Shown here: positions 40,539-54,308 of the stretch, piece after piece
Layout of the letters: the number at the start of each line of letters is the position of its first letter
Position numbering within the stretch: position 1 is the first letter of the stretch
Assembly: GCF_009914755.1 (NCBI RefSeq)
Contig: NC_060932.1
Length of the DNA stretch: 64,000 nucleotides
Source: the human T2T-CHM13v2.0 reference genome, Homo sapiens
Strand: one strand, 5' to 3'
Made by a program: the position numbers and the translations under genes
Notes under the pieces: generated by a model
The model's input: only the letters and a program-made list of their open reading frames with translations
What the model was told of the DNA's origin: nothing
The model's database searches: none

Positions 40539-40812
40539 TGCTATGGTCTGAATGTGTCCCCCAGAAAGCAGGTGTTGGAATTTAATCCCCAATGCAACAG
40601 TGTTGGGAGAGAAGCCTAATGGGAGGTTTGGATCATGAGGGCTTGGCTCTCAAGAATGGATTAACGCTGATTATAAAGGTGGTTTGCCAGATTCCAGCCC
40701 CTCAATCTTGAACTTCCCAGCCTCCAGAACCATGAGTCCGTCAATTTCTGTTCATTTTAAATTACCTAGTTCAAGATATTCTGTTATAAGCATCACAAAA
40801 TGGACTAAAACA
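40539..40812 (+). mobile_element. MSTC/MSTD-like MaLR solo LTR with an internal deletion
   Basis: tgctatggtctgaatgtgtcccc..aatccccaatgcaacagtgttggga..acttcccagcctccagaacc..aatggactaaaaca. Confidence 0.85.
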
Positions 40813-40846
40813 GCCTTTAAGTATGCAGTTTCAGAATACGCTATAC

Positions 40847-41449
40847 CAGTGGTCTTCAAATGTAGATAGCTACGCCTCACCTCCAGAGTTTCTGTTTTAG
40901 TAGGTCTGATGTGTCAGATTAAAATGACCAACTATCCCACGTTTCCTGGGACTATCAAGTTTTAGCACTAAAAGTCTTTTCTCTCTCCAGCCTCCCCTCT
41001 TTTTTTTTTTGGATACAGAGTCTTATTCTGTTGCCCAACCTGAAGTGTAGTGACATGATTATGGCTCACTGCAAGCTTCAAACTCTTGGACTCAAGGGAA
41101 CCTCTCAGCTCAGCCTCCCAAGTAGCTGGGACTACAGGTGCACACCACAATGCCTGGCTATTTTTTTTTTAAAAAATTTTGTAGAGATAGGGGTCTTGCT
41201 ATTTTGCTCAGGCTGGGGCTGGTGCTGAGCTCCTAGGCTCAAGCAATCTTCCTGCCTTGGTCTCCCAAAGTGCTGGGATTATACATGTGTGCCACCTTGC
41301 CCAGCTTTTTTATCTCAAGAAACTCTTCAGTCTCAGGTAAGCCAGTCTAGTTGTTCACCCAAGGTACAGCATAAGAATTTGCATTTTTAACAAGTTCCCA
41401 AATGATACATATACTGCTGATCCAGGGGCCACATATTGAGAACTACTGC
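40847..41449. mobile_element. MER5A containing MER81 (hAT-Blackjack, about 40920-41362), which contains AluJ
   Basis: MER5A halves: cagtggtcttcaaa..cagagtttctg..agtaggtctg and aagaatttgcatttttaacaagttccca..gagaactactg. MER81 ends: tgaccaactatccc and gttgttcaccc. Confidence 0.75.
41000..41306 (-). mobile_element. AluJ
   Basis: atggctcactgcaag..ctcctaggctcaagcaatc..cccaaagtgctgggatta. Confidence 0.9.
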
Positions 41450-41456
41450 TCTATAC

Positions 41457-41612
41457 CTATGGTTCTCATCCTTGGCTGTCCATTAGAATTATTTGAGGAG
41501 TGTAAAAACAATATTTATTCTGATCTAACTGATCTCAGGTGCAGCCAGGTAATTGTCCTTTTTAAAAGCTTCTCAGGTGATTCTAGAGTACAGCCAAATT
41601 TAAGAACCACTG
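41457..41612. mobile_element. MER5B
   Basis: tggttctcatccttggctg..cattagaat..aggtgattcta..cagccaaatttaagaaccactg. Confidence 0.75.
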
Positions 41613-41649
41613 CTCTAGATCCATGAAGCTAATCACTGAACACTTTGAC

Positions 41650-42880
41650 TCTGTCCTGTTAACATCCTGTAATTGCATCGTCTTGTCATCTTTACTGCCC
41701 TTGCTCTGATTCAAGACATCGTTTCCTGCTTGCACGGTTGCACTGATCACATGACTGACTTCCCTCCCTTCAAGTTTCTCACACCATCTCTACTTCATGC
41801 TTTCCGCAGCTGCTGGAGGAATCTTACTAACATAAAAACTTGATTATATTACTCCCTTGCTGAGGATCTGATGGACTTTCTTGTATTAACGTAATTCATG
41901 TTATCTGCTCTAAAAAGCAATTGCCAAATCCCAGCCACTTACCACAACAGAGATTTCTTTGGCATGCCATAGTCCAATGGCTGTTCTCCTGAACAATTCT
42001 TCTTCCAGAACTGTGGTGACAGCAATTCTCCCATTCTGTAGCTTCATGATCCCTAGGGCTTCCTTGGAGTCCTCCCTTGCATCACTTCTATTTAGTTAAC
42101 TGAGAGATGAATGGACAGAATGTGGAGCATGACACAGGATATTTAGAGGCTGGGCTCTGAGGTCATATACATCACTTCTGCACATATTCCGTTGGCAGAA
42201 AAAAACCTTGTGGCCCCAGCTAGATGCCAGGTGATCTGGAGAATGTCTTGTTGTGTGCCTAGAATGAAAATGAAATAGCACAGTGACTATAAAGTATTAT
42301 CTCTGTTACAATTTTTATCAGAGTAATACAAACTCAAACACATTGTGGGTAATTTATTGGGTTGTATTACACATAAAAATTACTCCTCATTGCCTTCAGT
42401 ATAAAGTCCAAAGTCCTGTGCTTGACCTTCAGTGATCTTAAGATTCTATTCCTGACTCACTTTTCAGACTCAGCTTTTGGTGCTTTTCACAGGCATTCCC
42501 TGTCCTTATTCCCAAAATGTCCCATGCTGTCATGCCAATTTGGGGGTCTGAAAAACCTTTCCCCATTTCTTCACTTAACTCTTTCCTACTAGCTTCTCAG
42601 AGCTCAGTTCAAGAGTCAACTCAGAAAGCTTTTTCTGAATCTCCATCACCTTCTGCTTCCCAATTTGAAATTGTTGCTCTTGTTCTCCATTCTAATAGCC
42701 CCTGGCATTCCACACTCATAGACCTCACTCCATTGTATACCTTTGACATGGTCCAGAACATCTTGATTGTGAGCATCTTGTGGGTGACAAAATTGCTTTT
42801 TCTCATTGTGCTTAATACTACATGATACCTGGCGTGTAGCAGACATTGAATAAATGCTTGTTTAAATAAATGAATGACTG
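41650..42880 (+). mobile_element. L2 split by an antisense MLT1 (J-like) LTR at 41882-42310
   Basis: L2: tgattatattactcccttgct; ataaagtccaaagtcct; 3' end aataaatgcttgtttaaataaatgaatga. MLT1: catcacttctgcacatattccgttggcagaa. Confidence 0.75.
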
Positions 42881-43314
42881 TTTAAAGACAATTTTAAAAA
42901 AACCCTTATATCATATTACAGAGTAGTCAAGATGGTTTCCATTGCAATTTGATAGGTGTAAGCAAAGAGTCCCCTACTTCAGACACTTGTGTGTGTTGAA
43001 CTATTGAATATCCCTTTCATATTGCAAATGGGGCACTGTATTAAACATATATTCACCATTAAACACAGCCTTTCTTGGATTGGTTTCTCAGTTTGCACAT
43101 CAAATTGTTATGCAGACTCCATCAGAATAGGACCCAGAAGAAGTGTTTTAGTAAGAGCTGAGATTTTAAAACTTAAAAATATATTCAGATTATGGGCTAT
43201 TTAATGAACAAAGACCTGGATTTTATACCACGCTGGAGGTCTTAGATAGCCAGATATAGCATAAAAACATAGGACTGAGGCCCAAAGGACACACGAATAA
43301 GTGGTAAGGACAGA

Positions 43315-44066
43315 GGGGCAGGGCAAGATAGCAGAATAGAGACCTCCACCAATTGCACCCCCAATAAGGACACCAACTTAACAACTATCTACGCCAAAAA
43401 AAGCACTTTCATAAGAACCAAAAATCAGGTGAGCACCCACAGTCAGTACCTGGTTTTAACTTCATATCACTGAAAGAAGCACTAAAGAGATAGGAAAAAC
43501 AATCTTGAATCACCAACGCCACCCCTTCCCCATCTCCCCACAGTGGCAATGAGGTGCAGACAGCATTTTGCCATGCTGGGGTGAGGAAGACACAGCATTT
43601 ATGAGGCATTGAACTCATTGTTGCCATATTATAACAGAAAACAAAACTAAACCAAACTCAGCTGACACTCACCCGTGGAGGGAGCATTTAAACCATCCCT
43701 AACCAGAGGGGTATCACTGATCCCAGTGGCCCAAACGTCAGTTCCTACAAACCTCACTACAGTGGGCTAAAGTACTCTGGAGTTCTACCTAAACTAAAAA
43801 GACAATCTAGGTGACATGGACAGGAAATCCTTGCTAAGTCCTAATGTTAAACTGGGCCCAGAGACAATAAACTGGGGTGGGGGGGGCACGCCACCTACAG
43901 AGACACCAGAGGGGTGGCTAAGGGAGTGCTGGCATTACCACTCCCCTAACCCCAAGCTGCACAGCTCATAGCTTTAAAAGAGACCTTTTCCCTCTGCTTG
44001 AGGAAAGGAGAGAAAAGAGTGGGGGAAGACTTTGTCTTGCATCATGGATACCAGCTCAGACACAGC
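43315..44066 (+). mobile_element. L1M1-type (L1MA-age) 5' UTR only
   Basis: caagatagcagaatag..ataagaaccaaaaatcaggtgagca..cagtacctggttttaacttcatatcactgaaaga..gactttgtcttgcatc..ggataccagctcag. Confidence 0.85.
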
Positions 44067-44069
44067 TCA

Positions 44070-44432
<363 letters not shown>

Positions 44433-44810
44433 TCAACTTTCATTGTTTTTTCCCTCGAACAGCCCTTTGGATTATATTTTAATAGTTATAAATGCAGTGG
44501 CCTGATGGCCTTAACAAGGGCTCAGCTAGCTCCACTAACTAGTCAACTACCCAGTAGCAGCACCAGGCAAAGTTGTCATCTTCCAGTGGAAATCACCTTT
44601 AATTTTCTTAGCATTGATCTGTTGTATGCCATCCTGTAAATATATAATGCATAATTATCTTCCCTTGTTTGCATTTTTAGCATGAGAGATGGCCAGAGCT
44701 TATATCAGAAAGATAATTCCAAGATTCTTTCCCATTTTCATCCACCATCTTCTGGGATATAGTTGGCATGGAGAGATAGCAATGTATATGTGACTATATA
44801 AAAATATATT

Positions 44811-45282
44811 TCTGGAATATTTCCATTTGCCTTTCTATATCCATTCTCTACTCCTCTTGACTCTGGGAGCTGACCTTTACTAACTGTGTCTACAAGTTCC
44901 CTTATCTCTTCTGACTAGGTTTGTTCATAGGCTGCATGAACAGTGAATCAGAGGTTGGAGAAAAGGTTCTGTACAATTGTCCAACTGGTTCCCTCCCTGT
45001 GGGTTACAACAGGTAAGATGCCTCTCTACAGAAGTCCACAGGTCCAGTAGGTTGACCTCTAGGTTGCTGGAAGTTACCTCCAGTTACTCAGCAAGTTTGC
45101 ATTAATTGCTCCTTCTAGGATTGATGTCGGTTCCATGCAATTGCTAGCCCCATAGTGTTTTATTACCTCTCATTGGTTTCCCTTACTAGAGTAAATAGTC
45201 TCTTAAACATTGGAAATGCCTCTTTACTGAAGTTTCCAGCTGGAGAATGCCCTTTCTTTCCTACAGGGCTCTGACTGATACA
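44811..45282 (+). mobile_element. LTR41-like ERVL solo LTR
   Basis: ccatttgcctttctatatccattctc..gtaaatagtc..tttcctacagggctctgactgataca. Confidence 0.65.
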
Positions 45283-45759
45283 GTGTCTGACTAACAGATA
45301 GTTGATATTTAGCAGCCAGTTGAAAGGCTGCAAATAGACTCTATACTTAATCTCTTTTCATAAACTACAAATGCTTAAAAAGTTACTTATGACCAATGCA
45401 AAAGTGTCATATATTTAATACTATTTGGAAGACCTTTCCAGGTGCATAATGCCAATCCACAATTCAATCCCTCCTGGCAAATGATGTTATAAATAAGAGG
45501 GAGAGAGTTTAAATTAGTGCTCTCTAGATTCAGAGTTAGGGGTTAGGAGCATTACACATAGAATTGAAATCTCCAGTTCCATAAAAAGTGCCCAACATTC
45601 TCTTAATATAGCTTTTGGAATACTATTGACTGAATGAAATTTTGAGGTCTCAGAAGTTGAACATTCACATGGCCATCCTAAGAGCCCTGTCTGACATGTC
45701 TCTGTTTAGTCAACATGTCTCCGTTTAATTACCACCATGAGTGAATTTACCAAAAGAAA

Positions 45760-45965
45760 ATAAGCTATGGGTGACATGCCAACCTCCCACTTACTAGCTG
45801 TCTCTACTAGAGAGATTAAAAAGTTAATCTCTCTAAACCTCAGCTTTCTGAAATTAAAGAGGATAACAATTTTTACATCATGGATTCTTGTAAGATACAA
45901 ATGAATTAGTAAATCTAAGTGTTTACCACAGTAACTCATAAAAAGCACTAAGTGAATGGTGACTA
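45760..45965 (+). mobile_element. MIR
   Basis: ccacttactagctgt..aatctctctaaacctcag..atggattcttgtaagat..aaatga. Confidence 0.65.
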
Positions 45966-46656
45966 TCCTGTCATGCATCTCTCTTTTCCTCATAATAAAC
46001 TGTTATGTAACAATTTATTACATAACAGAGCACAGTAAATTTTCTTTTGTGGCCATCAGCTTCCAGGCTACCATGTCTGTTCCCACAGTCATTGTATTTA
46101 TTTCTGGGAATGGCATTCCAGTTGAGAGTCCAGAAAGTGTAGAATAGGAAGCAACTTTGGACATGATATAGTCCAACCTGCTCAATTTAATGATGAGAAA
46201 TCCAGGACCCAGATGAGTGAAATGGCCTATGGGCTCACTGATGCAGCAACCACGCAGGAGCTAGCAGCAGCGCTTCCATTTCCCATGCAGTTGCCCTGTT
46301 CACCACACAGTGGGGATGCCCGCAGAAATGTTTTCTGAGAGTATAGCTTCTGCCCTGAATCCCAGATCTCTCTTTGGGACACACTGCTTGGTCTTTCATG
46401 CATATGGCCTGGTAAAGGTTCCAATCCTGTTCTCACCACCACCAACACCACCACAACCCACTAACTCAAACTGGACATTATAACATTCCAAGACAGGTGC
46501 TAAGAGCTCTGCTTACAACTCTCCAAGATGCAAGCTCAAGTCAGAGCTCTAATTTAGGCTTAAATTAACTGAATGATATTTTGAAATAAATAATTTTCTC
46601 CTGCCTTCAGGGCAAAGAAATCAGATGCACGAAGGGTAAAGACCCTGGTGAAAATC

Positions 46657-46923
46657 ACCAGACACAAAAGGTCACAGATCATACGATTCACTTTATATGG
46701 AATATCCAGAATAAGTAAATCTAGAGATATTGAAAATAGAGTAGTGGTTGTTAGGGCTGGAGGAAGGGGAAATAGGCATAGATTTTGCTTTTGGAGAGAG
46801 GAAAATGTTGTGGAACTAGATAAAGGTGATGGTTATGTGTATAAAGATACTGAATGCCCCTGAATTGTATACTTTAAAATTTTTAATTTTATGTTATGTG
46901 AACTTGATTTCAATTTTTAAAAA
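46657..46923 (+). mobile_element. L1MB 3' end
   Basis: ccagacacaaaaggtcaca..tatccagaataagtaaatc..tagtggttg..tgaattgtatacttta..attttatgttatgtgaa. Confidence 0.8.
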
Positions 46924-47149
46924 TCACATGAATACAAGTATATTATTGCTTGCCAATGATATCATGCAATCTCAATGACCTAGTCTGAAAACTCTTTCAC
47001 ACTGATTGCTTTTGTCTTCTCTTCTAGTCTGTGCCCGCTTAACAATTTTATTTTTACCAAGCTGTGCTCAAAAATCTTTGCTTGCTGAATGTTTCTTCGA
47101 GGAGTCATTTTTTTTCCTTCTGTAAATGATTCCTTCAAGATACCAAGTG

Positions 47150-48860
47150 TTTCATTCAACTGATATATTCAGGAGAGATACTGATCCATAATTTTTTTTT
47201 TCTTGTAATGTCCCTCTCTGGTTTAGTTACCACGATTATGCTGGTTTACTAAAATAAATTGGGAATTCTTTTTTCTCTATTTTCTGAAAGAGTTTACAGA
47301 AGACTTATATTACTTTTTTCTACTATATTTTGTAGAATATACCAGCAAAGCAATTTGGGCCTGGAATTTTCTTTTTTGGAAAAGCTTTTATTATAAATTC
47401 AACCGCTGTAATAAATACAGATTTTCATTAAACAGATCAATATTTGCTTTTACTTCTTTTCTCAATTTTACTAACTTGTAACTTTGTTAGCATTCTTATT
47501 CATTTTGAAAAATTTTAATAATTTTCTTATTATTTCTTCTTGATTCATGGATTATTTGTAAACATGTTATTTAATTTCAAAATACTTTAGGATTTTTCCA
47601 GGAATTTTTTTTTTTTTTGCTATTGATTTCTATTTTAACTGTGTTGTGGTCAGAAAATAAACTTGTATTATTTCAATCTTATATAAGCTAGATAATACCA
47701 TCAAAATCAGGAAGGTGATACTGACATATCGCTACCATTGAATACTCAGGGCCAATTTTCAATTGTTCCAGTAATACCTTTACAGAATGAGGACTCAGTT
47801 GAGAAACAGTCATTACATTATTTTTAGTCATTTTTTTTTAGTCTGCTTTAGTCTGGAAAATTTTCTCAAAATTTCCTTGATTTTCATGAGCTTGACACTT
47901 TTGGCATTTACAGGCCAATTATTTTGTAGAAAGCCCCCTGGTTTGGACCTGTCTAATGCTTGTTCCTCATTACATTTGGGTGCTATGTCTTTGGCAGGAA
48001 TATCAGAGGTAGTACTGTGTTCTTGTTGCTTCCTATCAGAGAGTGCACAAGATCAATTGTTTCCTCCTCTCATGATGTGCACTTTGATCACTTGTTTAGG
48101 ATCCTGTCTGCCAGGTGACATTACTCTTTCCAATTTGTAATTAATATGTATTTTGTGAGAAGTTACTTTGAAACTATGCAAATATGCTATTCTTCACTAA
48201 ACTTTTTATTGATTCACTAATTTATTTACATCTTTATGGTCTCATGGTTTCTTATTTAATTCAATGAGCTAAAATGTATTACTGACTACATTTATTTTCA
48301 CAGTCAAATTATCCCTGCTTAGACCAGTAGGAGCTTTTGCAGTTTTTGAGAGGGTCTCTGTCTCTCTCTCTCTCTCTCTTCTCTCTCTCTTTTTATTGTC
48401 ATTAAGCTTTTGCATTCTTTGACATTTTGTTACTTTTTGGCACAATAAGATAACTTAGGCTTGTGTTGTACTTTTCCTGATCCAGCCCCGAAATTGACCA
48501 TTCTTTTAGGAAGCCCTAGTTCCTTTTAGATGAAAATGGTAGTTGGAAGACAAGATTTAGGCTCTAGTTATGCTAATCAGAATTGGATTATTGCTGCTCC
48601 CAATCCCACTCAGTAGATAAGACTGAAAAATATATATGTATATACAAACACATATTTACATCTACATTTATTTCTATATTATAAACCATGAGCTCACATT
48701 AAAACCTGAATTCCAATCCAACACTCTAGAATTCATCCCAGATTTTCCACTGTCTGAACTCCCCATCAGCTTAGTGAGACCTCCATGATCTGCTTGGATT
48801 CTATAACCCCCGCTTTGGTCCAAAAACTGCTTCCAGACAAAAGAATAGAATGATTGTTGA
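47150..48860 (-). mobile_element. Old L1M fragments: ORF2 (about 47150-47690) and L1MC4/MD-like 3'UTR (about 47690-48860)
   Basis: ttctgaaagagtt..tagaatataccag..tttgggcctgga; tgtggtcagaaaata; ttgacacttttg..caggccaattattttgtagaa; cttttcctgatccagccc. Confidence 0.75.
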
Positions 48861-49139
48861 CTCACTTAGGTAGGTGTTTCTTCTTTCTTAGGGAACATGG
48901 TCCTGTGTGGCCTATATCTAAAGTCTGAAAGAGTTGCTTTATGTATTTGATCTGGTTTCATTTTAGTTTACAGCAGGAGGGTGGATTCACAATCACTTAC
49001 TCCCTCATTGCTGGACAGGAAAGAATATCACATTAAATGTTCACAGTACTCATGTTAATATATCAAACATGGCTCACACAGACTGTTACAACAATCCAGG
49101 CAATAAATCTATGACATCTGTACTTGACAAAGCACAGAG

Positions 49140-49345
49140 GAAGAGATCCGAAGACAGCCACGCCTATGTCAACTTTACTTTTTTCTACTGTGTGACCTTA
49201 GGCAATATACACAGCACATTTGGTCTCAATTTCTTCATCTCTAAAGTGGGGGGTTTGGGAGAAGACTAAAGGATATGATGTACTTGAATCACCACTGGAG
49301 AACATTACACAGAGGTCTTCAATATGTGGAAGTTTATTCCTCAAA
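49140..49345 (+). mobile_element. MIR
   Basis: ctgtgtgaccttaggcaa..gtctcaatttcttcatctctaaagtggg. Confidence 0.6.
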
Positions 49346-49645
49346 TACTTCTATGACATTTATTAAAATTTATTTTGAAAGAATAAAGTTTATTCAATAA
49401 AATATACTGAAATTCCTCCACAAACATTTTTCTCATGACTTTTATAACTTCAAATTTTCACTCTTAAAAAAGAAAATTATTTTATAAATTGAACATCAGC
49501 ATTTATCTTGTCAACCACTGCTGAGAAGTCAGAGTATCTGGGCGTAGAATATGTTAGCTTTTAAATGGTATGCAGATACAGCTTGGTTCAACTTTGAATA
49601 GAAAGTTAAAATACTTCAATCACCCAAATCTTCAAGATATATTCA

Positions 49646-49987
<342 letters not shown>

Positions 49988-50194
49988 TCACGGCACTTGT
50001 TAACTTTTGTACTTGTGTTTGATACAACTGGTTACTTGTTACTATTCTTCATGGCTGAACTTTGAAAAGATGTTGAGTATATAGCATTTCCAACTTTGGA
50101 AATTGTTTTCCCACCTCTCTGGAAATAAAGTCCTTTATGTAAAAATTTTAATAGGCTTGTATGTGAAACTGTAAGTTTTGTTATGCAATACCCA

Positions 50195-50216
50195 GTGTAT
50201 GTGTGGATATGTATGG

Positions 50217-50269
<53 letters not shown>

Positions 50270-50450
50270 CGGTATATGCATACACACATATATGTGTAAC
50301 TGTTTCCAGGAGTTGTTTTAGTTTTTAAGGCTCCTCCTCCTCCTTCTCTTCCTCCTCCTTCACCCAGGCCTTTATTCTTCCCTCCTTTTCTCCCTCCTTC
50401 CATTGTCTTCCCTCTTTCCTTCTCTCCTTTCTTTCTTCTTTGCTTCCTCC
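50195..50450. repeat. (TG)n(TA)~19 microsatellite, then a CT-rich low-complexity tract
   Basis: Directly visible. Confidence 0.9.
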
Positions 50451-50669
50451 ACATATATTCATTAAGCTCCTTTTATGTGCCAAGGATATTAGGGACTTGA
50501 TGTACATGATAAATAAGAAACCACTCCTGAGCCTAGAGTGTCAGGGATAATGACAAAATACATAAAATTGGAGCATAGATCAAGGGCAGCCAACCCAATT
50601 CGTGGGATCAGGTGAGGGTCTTCGAAAAATCTAAGCTCTGATGTAAATCCTTCCTCTGCCCCATCTACT

Positions 50670-51760
50670 TTTCTTCAGTTCTGGAAACTCCTAGCCATTA
50701 TCACTTTGAACACTGCCTGTACCCTGTTCTCCTACCATTCACCTTTGGAACTTCTACTGATGCTTATGTTTAACTTTTTAACTTAATTTATTCATCTTAT
50801 AATTTTTTTCATATTTTCCATTTCTTTTTTCCACTATTTTGCATTCTGAGTGAGTTCCTCAAATCTAGTTTCTAATTCACAAATGCTTTCTTTAGGTGGG
50901 TCTAGCCTACCATTTATGTATTAATTAGTTTAAGTTTCAATCATCATACTTCAACTATCATATTTCCATTTTTAGAACTATTATGTTCTTAATAAATCCA
51001 ATTGTGCTTTTCCCCAATATCCTGAATTTATTTCGTAGGTCCCATTCATTTCTCTGATTTAAAATATTTATTTGAAAAATTCCTTTCATATAATTCAACA
51101 GTCTGTAGATTCTGCACGTGAATGGTCACAGCTGTTCTGTGTTTTGAACCTCTATTGGTGGTGAGTTTTTTTTATATTACTTGACTGAGCTCATTTCTGG
51201 CAGAAGTTGTGGAAATGCTTCCTCTGCTTTGAAATGAGGGGGGCAGGTAGCCTCCTGCCTAGGGCAGTTTGGTATGTGCCTCTAGCAAAGTTTTGTGAGT
51301 TTCATTGGTTCCATGCTAGTTTCAACACTGGCTTCTCAGCCAAGTCCCTGCCCTGGCAAGTAGTGTGTATCCATGCCCCACCCACAGTCTTAGGTGCTCA
51401 CATTTCTTGTGGATGCCTGTTTATCACAGTCTAGTACAGTCATCTGGCATCCAACTGTGCCCAAGAATTGCTACTAATGAATACAGTTAATTTACTCATA
51501 ATTCATGAACTACACAATTCCTTGAAAGCTCCACTATTTAAGGAGTCCAATGCCAACTTCCTAACACCTTGTAGGTGTTGGGAGATCAGTCCATAACACA
51601 TACCACAAAGGACTACTTGGCATCCACTTTCATTCATCAAAATGGCTTTGAGTTTTCTCTTTGCATCAGACTCCTAATTTGTTCCTGTTCTTTCAGTTGA
51701 ACTTATCTAAGATGTAATATTTTAATATCTACTTTATCCAGTGTTTCTCTGTGTATAGAC
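50670..51760 (-). mobile_element. Old HAL1/L1M ORF1-type fragment
   Basis: ttctggaaactcctagccattatcactttgaa..tggaacttcta..ttttcatattttccatttc..gcattctgagtgagttcctcaaatct. Confidence 0.55.
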
Positions 51761-52061
51761 CTAGGCAGGGCAGAGGAATGGAGTGGCAGTTTCCATATCT
51801 GCTCAGCCCACCTTGTTGCCTCTACAATTATGAAGCAGAGTCTTAAAGGTTAAGAAGGATGTGCAGATACTGTGCTAACTCCACGTTCACTCTAAGGATT
51901 TTATCCCTTATCGGAATTCCTGCGTACTGTGTCAGTTTTTGTTCACTTAATGACAAACTTCCTTGAATTCATGTAATTTTACTTATCCATACTCCACATT
52001 CACCCACGTTGGTTTTACCTCAGGAAATGATGACTAGATTTATAAGAGAACTAGGATTTTG

Positions 52062-52192
52062 AATGGATGCTGGGTCTAATTCCCAGGTCATGGGATGATC
52101 TGTGCTGCAATCCACCATGGCACACATTTACCCATGTAACAAACCTACACGTGTAACCATGACCTTAAAATTAAAGTTGAAGAAAAAAGAAA
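52062..52192 (+). mobile_element. Very short L1PA 3' tip
   Basis: aatggatgctggg..atgggatgatctgtgc..ccatggcacacatttacccatgtaacaaacct, then an A-rich tail. Confidence 0.85.
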
Positions 52193-52759
52193 GATTTACA
52201 CCTAAGTTTAAGGAGACAGAAAGAAAGAAAACAAGGATTTTGTACCTTAACAAAATGTGTGATCTGAACGTGGAGGGGGCATACCTAGGGCTGGCAACCT
52301 GCAACACCTCCACTGTGCTGGACTGGCAAGAGAAGGATGTTGTAGTGAGGGTCAAGAGGTGCATGTGTTGCAAAGGGATTCCAGGCAATGATACCCTAAC
52401 ATCCCTCTCACCCTCTGTTAGCTTTCTCTCATTTTCATTTAGTAATAATTCCCTAATCACCGTATATGGGATTATACATCGTTCATCTATACACTCTGTT
52501 ATGGGATGAGGTATATAATAATCCACAGGGCAGGGGTGTTAAAGATTGTGAGGTACAGATGACCCATCCATGAGGTGACAACACAGCAGAAGCTCTGAGG
52601 CCACACATGCCCAGGTATAACTTTGGATCTTAGAACACGTGTCAAGGGCCTAGGAAAAGCTGCCCTTTGCATGTGTAACTCTACATTACCCAACATATAG
52701 GCCAGTTTCAATTCCAGATATATTTGATATATTCTAATAGTCATAAGCTACTAGATATT

Positions 52760-52990
52760 GTCTAATTTGATCCTTACCACAATCCCATTAGGAAAGAATT
52801 ATGCATGTTGTATGAGTCTTTTATTCATTCATTCAACAAACATTAATTCCATTCCCTCTGTGTGACAGACACCATTCCAGGCAGAGAGTTTACAGCTGAG
52901 CAGACAGAAAAGTTTAAGTAAGTTGTCCACAGGCCACACTACCATCAGGCGCCAGTCTGAATTTAAATCAAGATCTCTAACTACAAAAAT
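52760..52990 (-). mobile_element. MIR with an L2 tail fragment
   Basis: atttgatccttaccacaatccc; attcattcattcaacaaacatt; cacaggccacac..atttaaatcaagatct. Confidence 0.55.
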
Positions 52991-53057
52991 GCTAACCACT
53001 ACCCAGTACTTCCTTCCACATGTTGCAAGTAAACTTTTATAATTGTGGTACTGTTAT

Positions 53058-53406
<349 letters not shown>

Positions 53407-54308
53407 AGTATTGTGATTTTTTTTTTAATTTCCTCTATTTTCCATTTTCCTTCCTCCTAGTCATGTCCTGTCCTAGGGCTGCTTCTCTTCATAAAGGGAC
53501 TAAGTCAGGTACTGGATTAAATTTTCAACAGAAATTTAAAATGTTGCAATAAAAGCAATTCAGTGGAACCCTAAGTATGATGCCATATATTTAAAAAAAT
53601 TTCAGACAAAATAAAAATTCAAAACATTTATAGCATAATATTATCTAATGCCCTTTTTCTAAAGACTTCTAAATTCTTCTTTCTTTTCTTCTTTTTGCTT
53701 TTTTTTCTCAGTGTTCAGGTTTGTATTTAATCTCTAAAAAGGAAGTGGCTTAATGTTCAACTGCTTGTTCTTTTCTTTTCTAGTTGTTCGCATCTATTTT
53801 TTGCTTTGCTTTCCAAGTTAAATCTTCACTTTTTTTTTTGCTGTTAGCCTCTTCCCATCCTTCAAATGGTTTCTGTATAAAGTTCTTTAGTTTTTAAAAC
53901 TCTTTCTTCACAGACAACTTGCCTTTTTTCTAAAATGTTTTGAAGATTTTCCTGTGTTACGGGAACCAAGACATAAGGGAAACCTTGAAAAACTTATGTT
54001 TCAGTCATTTACAAAAGCTTCCTGCTGTACTGAAAAGTAAAAAAATAAAATAAAATAAAATAAAGATATTTTGTTTCTGATTTTCTGATTTCAGCTTATG
54101 TTGACACATCGTTCTAGGAAGAAAACAGAACATTTCTGCTCATCAGTGTTTTGCAGTAAGAACTTGTGACCCCTAATTGTCAATATATCCTGTGGGACGG
54201 TAGGTTTTATGCCTTAACAGAGGCCACATCAGTGTGCCCTCTGCCCAAATAGCCCTCTTCCCATCACTTGATGGGATGACATTGGCTAGGGCATGACCAA
54301 TGGAAGAA

